The notes below the pieces were generated by a model, which was not told the DNA's origin, did no database searches, and saw only the letters and a list, made by a program, of their open reading frames with translations. From assembly GCA_036482635.1 (NCBI GenBank), contig JAZFWH010000181.1, positions 1 through 52,555 on the forward strand: 52,555 bases of DNA, given 5' to 3'. Origin of the DNA: Myxococcota bacterium. Its GTDB lineage: Bacteria > Myxococcota_A > UBA9160 > SMWR01. The position numbers and the translations under genes were made by a program. Below, one piece after another: positions 32,011 through 41,270 of this stretch. The first letter of the stretch is position 1. The number at the start of each line of letters is the position of its first letter.

Positions 32011-33134
32011 GAGCCAACCGCCCGCGCGCGCACGCCGGCTGTCGGCCGCGGGGCCAACAGCTCCCGAGACGCCGCGATGACCGCCGCGGGAGGAATGCTG
32101 CGCATGCAGGTGGCCGCCGCGCATCCGCGGCGGCACGGGCTGCACGGGACGGGAACGCGGACGCTGCGCGACGGTGTCGCCGCGTAGGGCGCGTTCTCGA
32201 TCGGGTCGGTGGGACCGAAGATCTGCACGACGGGCGTTCCCACCAGCGCCGCGAGGTGCAGCGGACCGGTGTCGCTCCCGATGGTGAGCCGGCAGGCCGC
32301 GAACAGCGCGGCGAGATCGCTGAGGGTCGGCGTCGGCGGGGCGAGACGCGCCGCACCCGCCGCAGCCTCCACGATCCGCTCCGCCACGGCGCGCTCGTCG
32401 CCCGCCGGCCCCCAGGTCACCAGCAGCTCCACGCCTTCGTCCTTCGCCAGTGCGCGGGCGACTCGGGCGTAGCCCTCGACCGTGTAGCGCTTGTAGGGCG
32501 TGGCATCGCTCGTCCCGGGGTGGATCGCCACCCGGGGCGGCCCGGCGCCCAGGCGTCTGCGCGCCCGCAGCCGCACGGCCGGGTCGAGCCGCAGGGGAGT
32601 GGACGCCGGCTGGGCGCCGGGGACCAGGTAGTCGACCAACCCGGCGTTGCGCGCGAAACGACTCCTGCGCTCGGGCGCCAGTCGGGCGCGGTGGGTCGCG
32701 CAAAGAGGGCTGAGCTCCCGACCGTAGGGGCGCGCGTACGCCACGCGCTGGCCGGCGCCGCTCAGCGCCGAGAGGACGCCGGAACGCAAGATGGAGTGGA
32801 AGTCCACCACCAGGTCGAAGCGACGCCCGCGCAGCGCGCGCAGGAACGGCACCAGCGCCCGCAGCAGTGTGCGCAGCTGGCAGCGGCGCAGCGCGCCTCT
32901 CAGTGCGGGGCGGGGGAACACGAGGACCTCATCGATCCACGGTTGCTCCCGGAGGATGCTCGCCGCGGGCGGCTCCACGAGCCACGCGATGTGGGCCCCG
33001 GGGTACGCGCGGCGCAGGCTGGAAACGGCCGGCAGGGTCCGCACCACGTCGCCCAGCGCGCCCAGGCGAAGCACCAGGATCCGGTCCGCGGGAGGCGGAC
33101 TCGGCAGGGGATTGAGACAGGCCTCGATGACCAT
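32007..33134 (-). CDS. GT9 lipopolysaccharide heptosyltransferase-family protein
   Basis: RILVLRLGALGDVVRTLPAVSSLRRAYPGAHIAWLVE and GSDTGPLHLAALVGTPVV are typical of the WaaC/WaaF family. ORF 32007..34043 is trimmed to the ATG at 33134. Confidence 0.85.
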   Translation of the reverse strand: MVIEACLNPLPSPPPADRILVLRLGALGDVVRTLPAVSSLRRAYPGAHIAWLVEPPAASILREQPWIDEVLVFPRPALRGALRRCQLRTLLRALVPFLRALRGRRFDLVVDFHSILRSGVLSALSGAGQRVAYARPYGRELSPLCATHRARLAPERRSRFARNAGLVDYLVPGAQPASTPLRLDPAVRLRARRRLGAGPPRVAIHPGTSDATPYKRYTVEGYARVARALAKDEGVELLVTWGPAGDERAVAERIVEAAAGAARLAPPTPTLSDLAALFAACRLTIGSDTGPLHLAALVGTPVVQIFGPTDPIENAPYAATPSRSVRVPVPCSPCRRGCAAATCMRSIPPAAVIAASRELLAPRPTAGVRARAVGS

Positions 33135-33182
33135 CCTCGTGACGGGGGCAACGGCGGGGAGCCGCCGATAGGATACCTCCCC

Positions 33183-34307
33183 ATGCGCGCTCCCCGCACG
33201 CTGCCGATCTCCCTTTTGCGAGAGGTTCTCGAGTACACCGCCGTCGGTTTCACCGTGATCGCCGTCGTGATGGTCAGCCAGAATCTGCTGCGCACCCTCG
33301 ACGAGCTGGTCGCTGTCGGCTTTTCGGCCCAGGACCTGCTCGGAGTGCTGTGCTGGTCCGCGGTCGTCCTGGCTCCCTACGCCCTGCCCATCTCCTTTCT
33401 CTTCGGGGTGCTGGTCGCGGTGGGACGCATGGCGTCCGACAGTGAGATCACCGGGATGCGCGCCTGCGGAGTCGGCCTGCGCCAGGTCGCCCCGCCGGTG
33501 GTGGCCCTGGGCGTCGCGCTCTCGTGGGTCACCGGGTACCTGCTCCTGGAAGTCGACCACCGCGCCCAGCGGGGCATGAGGGAGCTGGTGCGCAACGTGG
33601 TGGCCCGCGGAGCCCTGATCGAGCCAGGCCACTTCAAGCGCCTCGGCGACCGCGTGTTCTACGTGCGCAGCCGCAGCCGCGACGGCCAGCTCGAGGGCGT
33701 GCTGATTTCCGACCGCTCCGACCCCGCACGTCCCTTCGTGGTCTTCGCCGAGTCCGGCCACTTCGACTTCGACGACGCCGACCAGGCGATCCGCCTGCGC
33801 CTCCACAGCGGCGACCTCCACCTCGAGCGAACCGGGTCCGCGGCGGACACCCAGCGCATCTCGTTCGCGACCCTCGACTACGCGGTTCCGCTGAAGGGGC
33901 TGCTGGGGGTGGATTCCGCGCGGCCCTTCCCCAAGGAGATGTCCATGGAGCAGCTGCGGGCGATCGTGGCGCGGGCGCGGGCCGGCGACGCCCTGGACGA
34001 CCTGCGCAGGAGGGACCCCGTCGAGTACGAGCTGCAGATCCATCGCCGCGCTGCGCTCCCGTTGGCGCCGACGCTGTTCGCGTTGCTTGGCGTGCTCCTG
34101 GGCCTGAGACCCGGCCGCGCCGCCCGCGCACGGGGCGCGTTCTTCTGCGCGCTACTCGCTCTCTCCTACTACGCCCTGCTCACGTCCGGCCAGCTCCTGG
34201 CGCGCTCGGGTCTGGTCTCGGCCGCAGTCGCGAGCTGGGCACCGAACGGGTTGCTGGCAGCCGCAGCGGTACCGCTCGCACTCCGCGCGCGGCGACCGGC
34301 AAGCTGA
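33183..34307 (+). CDS. LPS export ABC permease, LptF/LptG (YjgP/YjgQ) family
   Basis: The N-terminus is MRAPRTLPISLLREVLEYTAVGFTVIAVVMVSQNLL. There are 6 hydrophobic segments with a periplasmic beta-jellyroll-sized insert. Only one paralogue is present here. The gene is divergent from GT9, with 48 nt between the starts. Confidence 0.83.
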   Translation: MRAPRTLPISLLREVLEYTAVGFTVIAVVMVSQNLLRTLDELVAVGFSAQDLLGVLCWSAVVLAPYALPISFLFGVLVAVGRMASDSEITGMRACGVGLRQVAPPVVALGVALSWVTGYLLLEVDHRAQRGMRELVRNVVARGALIEPGHFKRLGDRVFYVRSRSRDGQLEGVLISDRSDPARPFVVFAESGHFDFDDADQAIRLRLHSGDLHLERTGSAADTQRISFATLDYAVPLKGLLGVDSARPFPKEMSMEQLRAIVARARAGDALDDLRRRDPVEYELQIHRRAALPLAPTLFALLGVLLGLRPGRAARARGAFFCALLALSYYALLTSGQLLARSGLVSAAVASWAPNGLLAAAAVPLALRARRPAS

Positions 34308-34312
34308 GCCGC

Positions 34313-35161
34313 GTGGGCCCGGGCGAGGCGAGCGAGGTCTGGGGCGGGACCCGCTTCCGGCGGCTGGTCGCCGGCTCGCGCTTCCTGCTGGTCGCCGAGC
34401 CCTTCGCCGACAGCGCGTTGCAGCTCGGTCTGCTCGACAGTGGCGGACTCGGACGCCTGCTCGAGGGCGCCCGTGGTCGCGGCGGGCGCGGCCCCACCGC
34501 GCTGCTGCGACTTCCCGGACGGCTCGAGCGCTTGCATCTGAGGGGGGTCCGTCACGGCGGGGCGCTCGGGCGCGTCCGGGGCGGTGTGCTGTTCGGCCTG
34601 GAGCGGCCGATCTCCGAGCTCCGCGCCACGGCGCTGTTGGCGGCCGCGGGCGCGCCGGTTCCGACACCGGCGCTGGTCGCGGCCCAGCGCCGCGCCGGTC
34701 CCGCGTGGACGGCTGCGGTGGGGACCATCTGCGAAGAGGACGCTCGCGACGGAGCGGCCTTCCTCGCGTCGCGGCCCGCCCGCGGGCGACTGCTGCGGGC
34801 GGCGGCCGCGGCCGGCGAGGCGGTCCGCCGCCTGCACGACGCCGGCGGAGCCCACGCCGATCTCCACATCGCGAATCTGCTGGTGCGCGAGAGCGAGGGT
34901 GGAACGCGTGCCCTGCTCGTCGACCTGGACGGCGTGCGCACCGTCGCGCAGCTCTCCGCCCGGGAGAGGATGGCCGAGCTGATGCGGCTGTACCGCTCGC
35001 TGGTCAAACGCGAGCTGCTGGCGCGGGTGGGGCCGCGCGGCTGTGCCCGGTTCTTCGCTGCCTACACCGAAGGGGATCGCGCAATGCGGCGCGCCCTGCT
35101 GGCGCACCTGCCCCGCGAGCGGCTGCGCCTGGCGATCCACCGCCTCGGATACGCGCGCTGA
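34313..35161 (+). CDS. Kdo/WaaP-family lipopolysaccharide kinase-like protein
   Basis: It has a protein-kinase-like catalytic loop (HADLHIANLLV) and a metal-binding LVDLDG. The size (282 aa) and LPS context fit KdkA/InaA-type kinases. The GTG start lies 6 nt after the lptF/G stop. Confidence 0.68.
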   Translation: MGPGEASEVWGGTRFRRLVAGSRFLLVAEPFADSALQLGLLDSGGLGRLLEGARGRGGRGPTALLRLPGRLERLHLRGVRHGGALGRVRGGVLFGLERPISELRATALLAAAGAPVPTPALVAAQRRAGPAWTAAVGTICEEDARDGAAFLASRPARGRLLRAAAAAGEAVRRLHDAGGAHADLHIANLLVRESEGGTRALLVDLDGVRTVAQLSARERMAELMRLYRSLVKRELLARVGPRGCARFFAAYTEGDRAMRRALLAHLPRERLRLAIHRLGYAR

Positions 35162-35191
35162 AGCGGACCGTCCCAGGGGCGCGCCGCCCGC

Positions 35192-36259
35192 TCAACGCAG
35201 GCGCGCCTCGACCCAGTCGATGAAGCGCTCCGGGGCTTCGACCTCGAGCACGATCGAGAGCACCAGCAGCTCTGCCCCGCGCACCCACGATGGCAGGATC
35301 TTCACCGCGTCCTTCTCCGTCGTGACCCAGAGCCGCGCCCGCCGGCCGAGGTCGCGCAAGTCGCGCTCCCGGTAGCGGTGGTGATCGCGGAAGGTGAGCT
35401 CCGCGACCACGCGCGCCCCCAGCCCCTCCAGTGTGCGCCGGAAGGACGCCGGCCCGGCCAGACCGGCGAGCAGCCCGACGTCGGCTCCCTCGAGCGTGTC
35501 CAGGGCCATGCCGGGACCGCCGGCCAGCGGACGCAGGGCCAGCGGTACCCGTCGCGCGTCGAAGCGCTGCGCAGCCGGCGAATGCCGCTCGAGGCGCTCG
35601 GCGTCGCCCGGCGCGAGCGGCCCGTCGACGACGCCCACGGCGTCGGCCCGGCGCAGCGCCGCGGGCGGCTCGCGCAGCGGTCCGCGCGGCAGGACCCAGC
35701 CGTTGCCGAACCCGAGCGAGCCGTCGAACGTCACGATGTCGAGGTCGCAGTGCAGCGCGTGGTGTTGGAAGCCGTCGTCCAGCACCAGCACGTCGGCGCC
35801 GAAGGCGGACAGCGCCCGCAGGCCGACCAGCGCCCTGTCGCGCCCGACCAGGACCGGCACCCCGGGAGCGTGGGCGGCGAGCACCATCGGCTCGTCGCCG
35901 GCGACCTCGACGCGGCTGCGCACGAAGCGCCCGTCCGAGACCACGAGCACGGGCTCGTCGGAGCGACGGGCTCGGCCGTAACCGCGACTGGCCAGCACGA
36001 CCTTGTGCCCCCTCCCGTGCAGCCGCGTGGCGAGCCAGGCGGCCAGGGGCGTCTTGCCGGTCCCGCCCGTCACCAGATTCCCCACGCTCACCACGCGGTT
36101 GGCCAACCGCGCCGGGCGCAGCGCACCGCTCCGGTAGAGCGCGCGGTGCAAGCGGGCGCCTGCGCCGTACAGCACCGCGACCGCGGCCAGGGGCAGCAGG
36201 GCCAGCGCCTGCGCCGGGGTCTGCTCGCGCGACTCGAGCCAGCTCGCGCGCACGGTCAC
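35192..36259 (-). CDS. lpxK: tetraacyldisaccharide 4'-kinase
   Basis: The P-loop is VGNLVTGGTGKTPLAAWLA, and SRGYGR is present. The GTG at 36259 overlaps the waaA stop (GTGA). Confidence 0.9.
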   Translation of the reverse strand: MTVRASWLESREQTPAQALALLPLAAVAVLYGAGARLHRALYRSGALRPARLANRVVSVGNLVTGGTGKTPLAAWLATRLHGRGHKVVLASRGYGRARRSDEPVLVVSDGRFVRSRVEVAGDEPMVLAAHAPGVPVLVGRDRALVGLRALSAFGADVLVLDDGFQHHALHCDLDIVTFDGSLGFGNGWVLPRGPLREPPAALRRADAVGVVDGPLAPGDAERLERHSPAAQRFDARRVPLALRPLAGGPGMALDTLEGADVGLLAGLAGPASFRRTLEGLGARVVAELTFRDHHRYRERDLRDLGRRARLWVTTEKDAVKILPSWVRGAELLVLSIVLEVEAPERFIDWVEARLR

Positions 36260-37521
36260 GCCGCGGATGTGGGTTTCGCCGCGATCACGCCCTCGATGAG
36301 TGCGACCGCCCGCCCCGCGCTGCCGCGGTGACGCTCCAGGGCCAGGCGTCCGCGCTCGCCCCGGGCGCGCGCCGCCTGCGGATCGCGCAGCAGCCGCGCC
36401 ACGCTCACGCCCAGCGCGGCGGCGTCTTCGACCGCGCCGCCGGCACCGCAGCGCTCGAGGATCTCGACCGCGTGGCGGACGTTCTGGGTGTGCTTGCCGA
36501 ACAGCACCGGACAGCCCGCGAACACCGGCTCCAGGATGTTGTGCCCGCCGTGGGGGACCAGGGACCCCCCCACGAAGGCGACGTGTGCGCGGGCGTAGAC
36601 GGGGGCCAGCTCGCCCACCGTGTCGAGCAGCAGCACCTCGCCCGGACGCAGCGGCAGCGTGCCGAGCGCCGTCCGCCGGCGCAGCGGCCGGCCCGCGCCG
36701 GTCACGATGCGGCCGATCTCGGCGGCCCGTCCGAGCTGGCGGGGCGCGAGCACGAGCGCCGCCTGAAGACCGGCCCGCTCCACCTCGTCCAGGGCGGCCA
36801 GCGCCGCCACCTCCTCGCCCGCGTGGGTGCTGCCCGCCACGAACAGCGGCGCGCCGGCGAGCGCGCCCTCGAGATCGGGCGGTAGAGCCCGGGGAACTTC
36901 GTCGCGCTCGAGCTTGAGATCGCCGATCACGGAGACCCGGGCGGGGTCGGCGCCCAGGGCGCGAAAGCGGTCGCCGTCGAGCGAGGTGCGGGCGCCGACC
37001 GCGGCCACCCGACGCAGCGTCCGCCCGACGAACCAGGCGAGCCGTCGGTAGCGGGCGTAGGAGCGGTCCGACAGACGACCCGACACGACGAGCACCGGAA
37101 CTCCCCGGCGACTCGCCGCGGCGATCCAGCTGGGCCACAGCTCGGTCTCGATCAGCACGAGCGCCGCCGGGCGCACGCGGTCGAGGGCGGCCGCCACGCA
37201 CCAGGGGTGATCAAGGGGGGCGAGATGGCAGGGCACCTCGGGTCGCCAGCGCCGCATCACCTCGCGTCCGCTCAACGTGACGGTCGAGGTGATGACCGCG
37301 CGGCCCTGCTTGCGCAGCCCGTCCAACAAGCGCGCCGCGGCGAGGATCTCGCCGACGCTGGCGCCGTGGACCCAGATGGCGCCGGGAGCGACCGCGGGGA
37401 GGCCGCCGAGTCGCTCGCGCACGCCGACCCTCCAGCGGGGTCGCAGCGCCAGGGCGCCCGCCGCCAGCGGTGCGGCGGCCAGCGCAGCCAGCGCGGCGAC
37501 GCTATGCCGCGCGGCGCGCAA
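36256..37521 (-). CDS. waaA: 3-deoxy-D-manno-octulosonic acid (Kdo) transferase
   Basis: An N-terminal helix is followed by IWVHGASVGEILAA, and a GT30 C-terminus is present (GGSLVPHGGHNILEP). The TTG start overlaps the lpxB 3' end by 20 nt. Confidence 0.9.
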   Translation of the reverse strand: MRAARHSVAALAALAAAPLAAGALALRPRWRVGVRERLGGLPAVAPGAIWVHGASVGEILAAARLLDGLRKQGRAVITSTVTLSGREVMRRWRPEVPCHLAPLDHPWCVAAALDRVRPAALVLIETELWPSWIAAASRRGVPVLVVSGRLSDRSYARYRRLAWFVGRTLRRVAAVGARTSLDGDRFRALGADPARVSVIGDLKLERDEVPRALPPDLEGALAGAPLFVAGSTHAGEEVAALAALDEVERAGLQAALVLAPRQLGRAAEIGRIVTGAGRPLRRRTALGTLPLRPGEVLLLDTVGELAPVYARAHVAFVGGSLVPHGGHNILEPVFAGCPVLFGKHTQNVRHAVEILERCGAGGAVEDAAALGVSVARLLRDPQAARARGERGRLALERHRGSAGRAVALIEGVIAAKPTSAA

Positions 37522-38665
37522 CGATCATCTCCTCTGCGATCTGTGCGGCTCGGCGCGGCGCCTCGCGGTGGGTCAGGCGGGCGCGAACCTCGGCGAGGCG
37601 CGTGAGCTGGACCTCGCGCGCGGGTCCCTGCAAGAGGGCCTGCAGGGCGCTCGCGATGCGCTCCGGATCGACCGCCCCCTGCAGGAACTCCGGGACGATG
37701 GGCGCCCCCACGATCAGGTTGGGCATCGCCCAGAAGTCCACCTGGACCAGCCGGCGCAGCACGGCGGCGGTGAGCGGGTTGCCCCGGGCCGCGACCACCA
37801 GCGGGCGACCCAGCAGCGCCGCCTCCAGCGTCGCCGTGCCGGGCTTGACCAGCGCCACGTCGCTGGCCGACAGCACCTCGAGCGAGCGCCCGTCGACCAG
37901 ATCGAGGCGCAGCAGCGAGGGGAGCTTCGCCTCGCGCAGCCGCTGCTCGACCGAGGCGCGCTCGATCGGCGCAGCGAGTGGCAGCAGGAAGCGGATGCGC
38001 GGGTCGCGGGAGTGGAGCGCGCGCGCGGTCTCCAGGTAGGGGCCGAGCTGATGGCCCAGCTCGTTGCGGCGGCTGCCGGGCAACAGGGCCACGACCCGGG
38101 CGTCGGGCGCAACGCCGAGGGCCGCGCGTGCGGACCGCCCGTCCAGGCGATCGGCGGCCGCCTCGAGACGCGCCACCAGCGGGTGTCCGACGAACTCGGC
38201 GGCGATGCCCGCCTCTTTGTAGAAGGGCACCTCGAACGGGAAGATCACGGCGACGCGATCCACGCGGCGCGCGATGCGCCCCAGCCGGCCGCGCCGCCAC
38301 GCCCAGACCTGGGGCGCTACGTAGTACAGAACCGAGCAGCCCGCGCGCCGTGCCCGCCTGGCGAGCGGCAGGTTGAAGCCCGCGGAGTCGACCAGCACCA
38401 CCAGCTCGGGACGCGCCGCCTCGAGGGCGGCACCCAGCCGACGCCAGGCGCGCGCGATGCGCAGGCCGGACGGCAGCAGCTCGACCAGGCCTCCGACCGA
38501 CAGCTCGCGCTGGGGGACTGCGATCTCGACCCCGGCCTTCTCCATCTCGACTCCGCCCAGGCCCAGGAAGCGAGCGTCCGCGCGCAGCGCGCGGAGCTCG
38601 CGCACGAAGTCCGCGGCGTACGCGTCGCCCGAGACGTCGCCCGCGGCCAGCAGAACGCTGGTCAT
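37502..38665 (-). CDS. lpxB: lipid-A-disaccharide synthase
   Basis: The N-terminus is MTSVLLAAGDVSGDAYAADFVREL, and YYVAPQVWAWR is present. The ATG at 38665 overlaps the oxidoreductase stop (ATGA). Confidence 0.92.
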   Translation of the reverse strand: MTSVLLAAGDVSGDAYAADFVRELRALRADARFLGLGGVEMEKAGVEIAVPQRELSVGGLVELLPSGLRIARAWRRLGAALEAARPELVVLVDSAGFNLPLARRARRAGCSVLYYVAPQVWAWRRGRLGRIARRVDRVAVIFPFEVPFYKEAGIAAEFVGHPLVARLEAAADRLDGRSARAALGVAPDARVVALLPGSRRNELGHQLGPYLETARALHSRDPRIRFLLPLAAPIERASVEQRLREAKLPSLLRLDLVDGRSLEVLSASDVALVKPGTATLEAALLGRPLVVAARGNPLTAAVLRRLVQVDFWAMPNLIVGAPIVPEFLQGAVDPERIASALQALLQGPAREVQLTRLAEVRARLTHREAPRRAAQIAEEMIVARRAA

Positions 38666-39618
38666 CGCCGGTCTACGACCGGCGGCATGGCCTCGACCAC
38701 GCGCAGCGCCGTGCGCAGGGCGCCGAGCGCGCCATCGCCCGACGCGGCGGCGGGGCCGCCGGCACTCACCGCGTCGAGGAAGGCGCGCAGCTGCGAGAGC
38801 AGCGCGTCTTCCGGGTCGAGCTTGAGCTCTTCGGACTCGACGATCCGAGCCCCGCCCTCTTCGCCAGTGCGGCGGAAGATGGTCGCCGACGGGGCCAGAA
38901 AGTCGATCGACACGCAACTGTCGGGCTGGAAGAAGCGGACCCTGCGCACCGGGCTGGCGGCCACGCGGCTCGCCGTCAGGTTGGCGATGCAGCCGCTGGG
39001 GAACTCGATGCGGGCGTTGGCGACGTCGGTGCTGTCGCTGAGTACGGGCACACCGACCGCCTCGATGCGAGTCGGCTCTTCACCGAGCAGCTGCTGAAGA
39101 ATGTCGATGTCGTGGATCATCAGGTCACGGACCACGTCGACGTCGGCTCCGCGCTCGGGGAACGGGCCCATGCGCTGGGCCTCGACGAAGCGCGGCGCGC
39201 GAACGTTCTCCTGCACCACGCGCATGGCGGCGTTGAACCACTCCAGGTGCCCCACCTGCAGAACGCGGCCGCGACTGCGCGCGAGGGCCAGCATCTGCTC
39301 TCCCTGGCGCAGCGTGGCGGCGATCGGCTTCTCGACCAGTACGTCGAGCCCGGCGGTGAGCGCGCTGTGGACCACGTCGAAGTGCGCGACGGTGGGAACC
39401 GCGACGATCGCGGCGTCTGCGTCGGCGAAGAGCTCGCGGCCGTCGGCCGCCGCGCGGGTCCCGAGCTGGGAAGCGATGGCGCGAGCCCGCTCGCCGTTCA
39501 GGTCGGCGATGCCGGCCAGGGACACGCACCCCCCGCCGTCGCGCAGCGCCGCGACCTTCTGCGCGTGCAGCCTGCCCATGCGACCCGCGCCCACCACCGC
39601 GATGCGCAGCTCCTTCAA
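38662..39618 (-). CDS. Gfo/Idh/MocA-family NAD(P)-dependent oxidoreductase
   Basis: The Rossmann N-terminus is LRIAVVGAGRMGRLHAQKV, and VLVEKPIA is present (EKP motif). The TTG at 39618 overlaps the lpxI stop (TTGA). The product is 318 aa. Confidence 0.85.
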   Translation of the reverse strand: MKELRIAVVGAGRMGRLHAQKVAALRDGGGCVSLAGIADLNGERARAIASQLGTRAAADGRELFADADAAIVAVPTVAHFDVVHSALTAGLDVLVEKPIAATLRQGEQMLALARSRGRVLQVGHLEWFNAAMRVVQENVRAPRFVEAQRMGPFPERGADVDVVRDLMIHDIDILQQLLGEEPTRIEAVGVPVLSDSTDVANARIEFPSGCIANLTASRVAASPVRRVRFFQPDSCVSIDFLAPSATIFRRTGEEGGARIVESEELKLDPEDALLSQLRAFLDAVSAGGPAAASGDGALGALRTALRVVEAMPPVVDRR

Positions 39619-40484
39619 CGCCGCTCCCCCGCCGCCTGGGCCGCACCCGGCAGCCGCTCGGGGTGCACCCCGAGCAGGGCGATGCCGTGCGCGTCGGCCG
39701 CCTCGACCAGCGCCTCGCGGTCGAGCACCAGGGTCTGGCCCGCCTCGAAGGCGAGCGCGCTGGCCTTCGCCTCGATCAGCGCGGCCGCCGTCTCGGGTCC
39801 GATCACCGGCAGGTCGAAGCGGGGGTCCTGCTCGCTGCGCGCGACCTTCACGACGCACGCCCCCGCGCCGAGCTCCCCCGCCCGGCGAATCATCGCATCG
39901 GTGCCTTCGATCGCCTCGACGGCCAGCACCGCGCGCTCCACGACCGCCAGCGCCTGGCCCACGTCGAGGTCGGCCAGGGACCTGGCGATGGGCCAGCCGA
40001 AGGCGATGTCCGCCGCCTGGGCGGGTGTGACCGCCGTCCGGCCCAGCGCTCCCTCGCGCGCCAGCAGCTCGGGCACGAGCTCGGCCTGGCCGCGCAGGCG
40101 GATGCCCTGGAGCTCGAGCTGCCCGGCGATCAGCCCCAGGATGGAGCGGTCGCCCAGGTCGGGCAGCTGCCGCAGCAGCTGCGCCGCCGTGGCGTCGAGC
40201 TTCAGGGCGGCCTTGTCGCCGACGAGCGGGAGTTTGGGGAGCTTTCCCGCCAGCACGGCGTCGCGGGCTCCGGCCCCGCGCAGGGCCTCGACCACGCCGC
40301 GGACCTCGCCCGGGTGGAGCCAGGTGACCCGCTCCACCTCCGCCTCGATCCGGCGGTCCGTCTGGCCGCGCAGGGCGACCGCGACGACGCGCCAACCGTC
40401 GCGTCGGGCAGCCCGCGCCAGGTCGAGGGGCAGGCGCCCTCCCCCGGCGATGAGCCCCAGCACGGCCGGCTCCGGGTTGGACAC
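39615..40484 (-). CDS. lpxI: UDP-2,3-diacylglucosamine pyrophosphatase LpxI (DUF1009 family)
   Basis: Recognisable segments are LGLIAGGGRLPLDLARAAR, DLDVGQALAVVERAVLAVEAIEGTDAMIRRAG, VKVARSEQDPRFDLPVIG and TLVLDRE. The start is taken at the GTG 3 nt after the lpxA stop. Confidence 0.85.
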   Translation of the reverse strand: MSNPEPAVLGLIAGGGRLPLDLARAARRDGWRVVAVALRGQTDRRIEAEVERVTWLHPGEVRGVVEALRGAGARDAVLAGKLPKLPLVGDKAALKLDATAAQLLRQLPDLGDRSILGLIAGQLELQGIRLRGQAELVPELLAREGALGRTAVTPAQAADIAFGWPIARSLADLDVGQALAVVERAVLAVEAIEGTDAMIRRAGELGAGACVVKVARSEQDPRFDLPVIGPETAAALIEAKASALAFEAGQTLVLDREALVEAADAHGIALLGVHPERLPGAAQAAGERR

Positions 40485-40486
40485 GG

Positions 40487-41263
40487 CTAGCGGATGAAGC
40501 CGCGTTCGGATCGCTCGAGAAAGCGGAGCAGACGCTCGACCTCGGGCGCGTCGCGGCACTCGCGCCGCACGCGGCCCACGGCCGCCTCGAAGCGCAACTT
40601 CGACTGGAACAGGATATGGAAGGCGTGCTTGAGCGCGGCGATCACCTGGGGAGAGAAGCCGCGGCGCTGGAGACCGACGCTGTTGATGCCCGCGAAACGC
40701 GCGCGGTCGCCGGCGACCCTGGCGAAGGGGGGCGCGTCCTTGGAGATCATCGAGTTCGCGCCGGTGAAGACGGACTCGCCGATGCGCACGAACTGGTGGA
40801 CCCCGGTCATCCCCCCGAATACGGCGTAGTCGTCGACGACCACGTGGCCTCCCATTCCGGAGTAGCCCGCCAGGACACAGTGGGAGCCGATCCGGCAGTC
40901 GTGGGCCACGTGAACGTTGTTCATGATCAGGACGTCGTCCCCGATGCGGGTACCGGCACCCCCTTCCGTCGTACCCACGTGGATCGAGCTGTGCTCACGG
41001 ATCACGCTGTCCTCGCCCACGCTCACCGTCGTCGTCTCCCCGGAGAAGCCGCGGATCTGGGGCGGTGTACCGATGGCGACGAACGGGTAGATCCGCGTGC
41101 GCGAGCCGATCGCGGTGCGGCCTTCGATGTGCACGTGGGAGCCGACCTCGACCCCCGGGGCCAGCTCGACGTCAGCGCCAATCACCGCGTACGGACCGAC
41201 CTGGGCGTCCTCTGCGAGCTTCGCCCCGGGTGCCACGACGGCAGTCGGATGAATGCGCGCCAC
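40487..41263 (-). CDS. lpxA: acyl-ACP--UDP-N-acetylglucosamine O-acyltransferase
   Basis: The 258-aa product begins IHPTAVVAPGAKLAEDAQVGPYAVIG and has hexapeptide repeats. An LpxA-type helical C-terminus is present (GLQRRGFSPQVIAALKHAFHILF). Confidence 0.93.
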   Translation of the reverse strand: MARIHPTAVVAPGAKLAEDAQVGPYAVIGADVELAPGVEVGSHVHIEGRTAIGSRTRIYPFVAIGTPPQIRGFSGETTTVSVGEDSVIREHSSIHVGTTEGGAGTRIGDDVLIMNNVHVAHDCRIGSHCVLAGYSGMGGHVVVDDYAVFGGMTGVHQFVRIGESVFTGANSMISKDAPPFARVAGDRARFAGINSVGLQRRGFSPQVIAALKHAFHILFQSKLRFEAAVGRVRRECRDAPEVERLLRFLERSERGFIR

Positions 41264-41270
41264 GTCGCGC

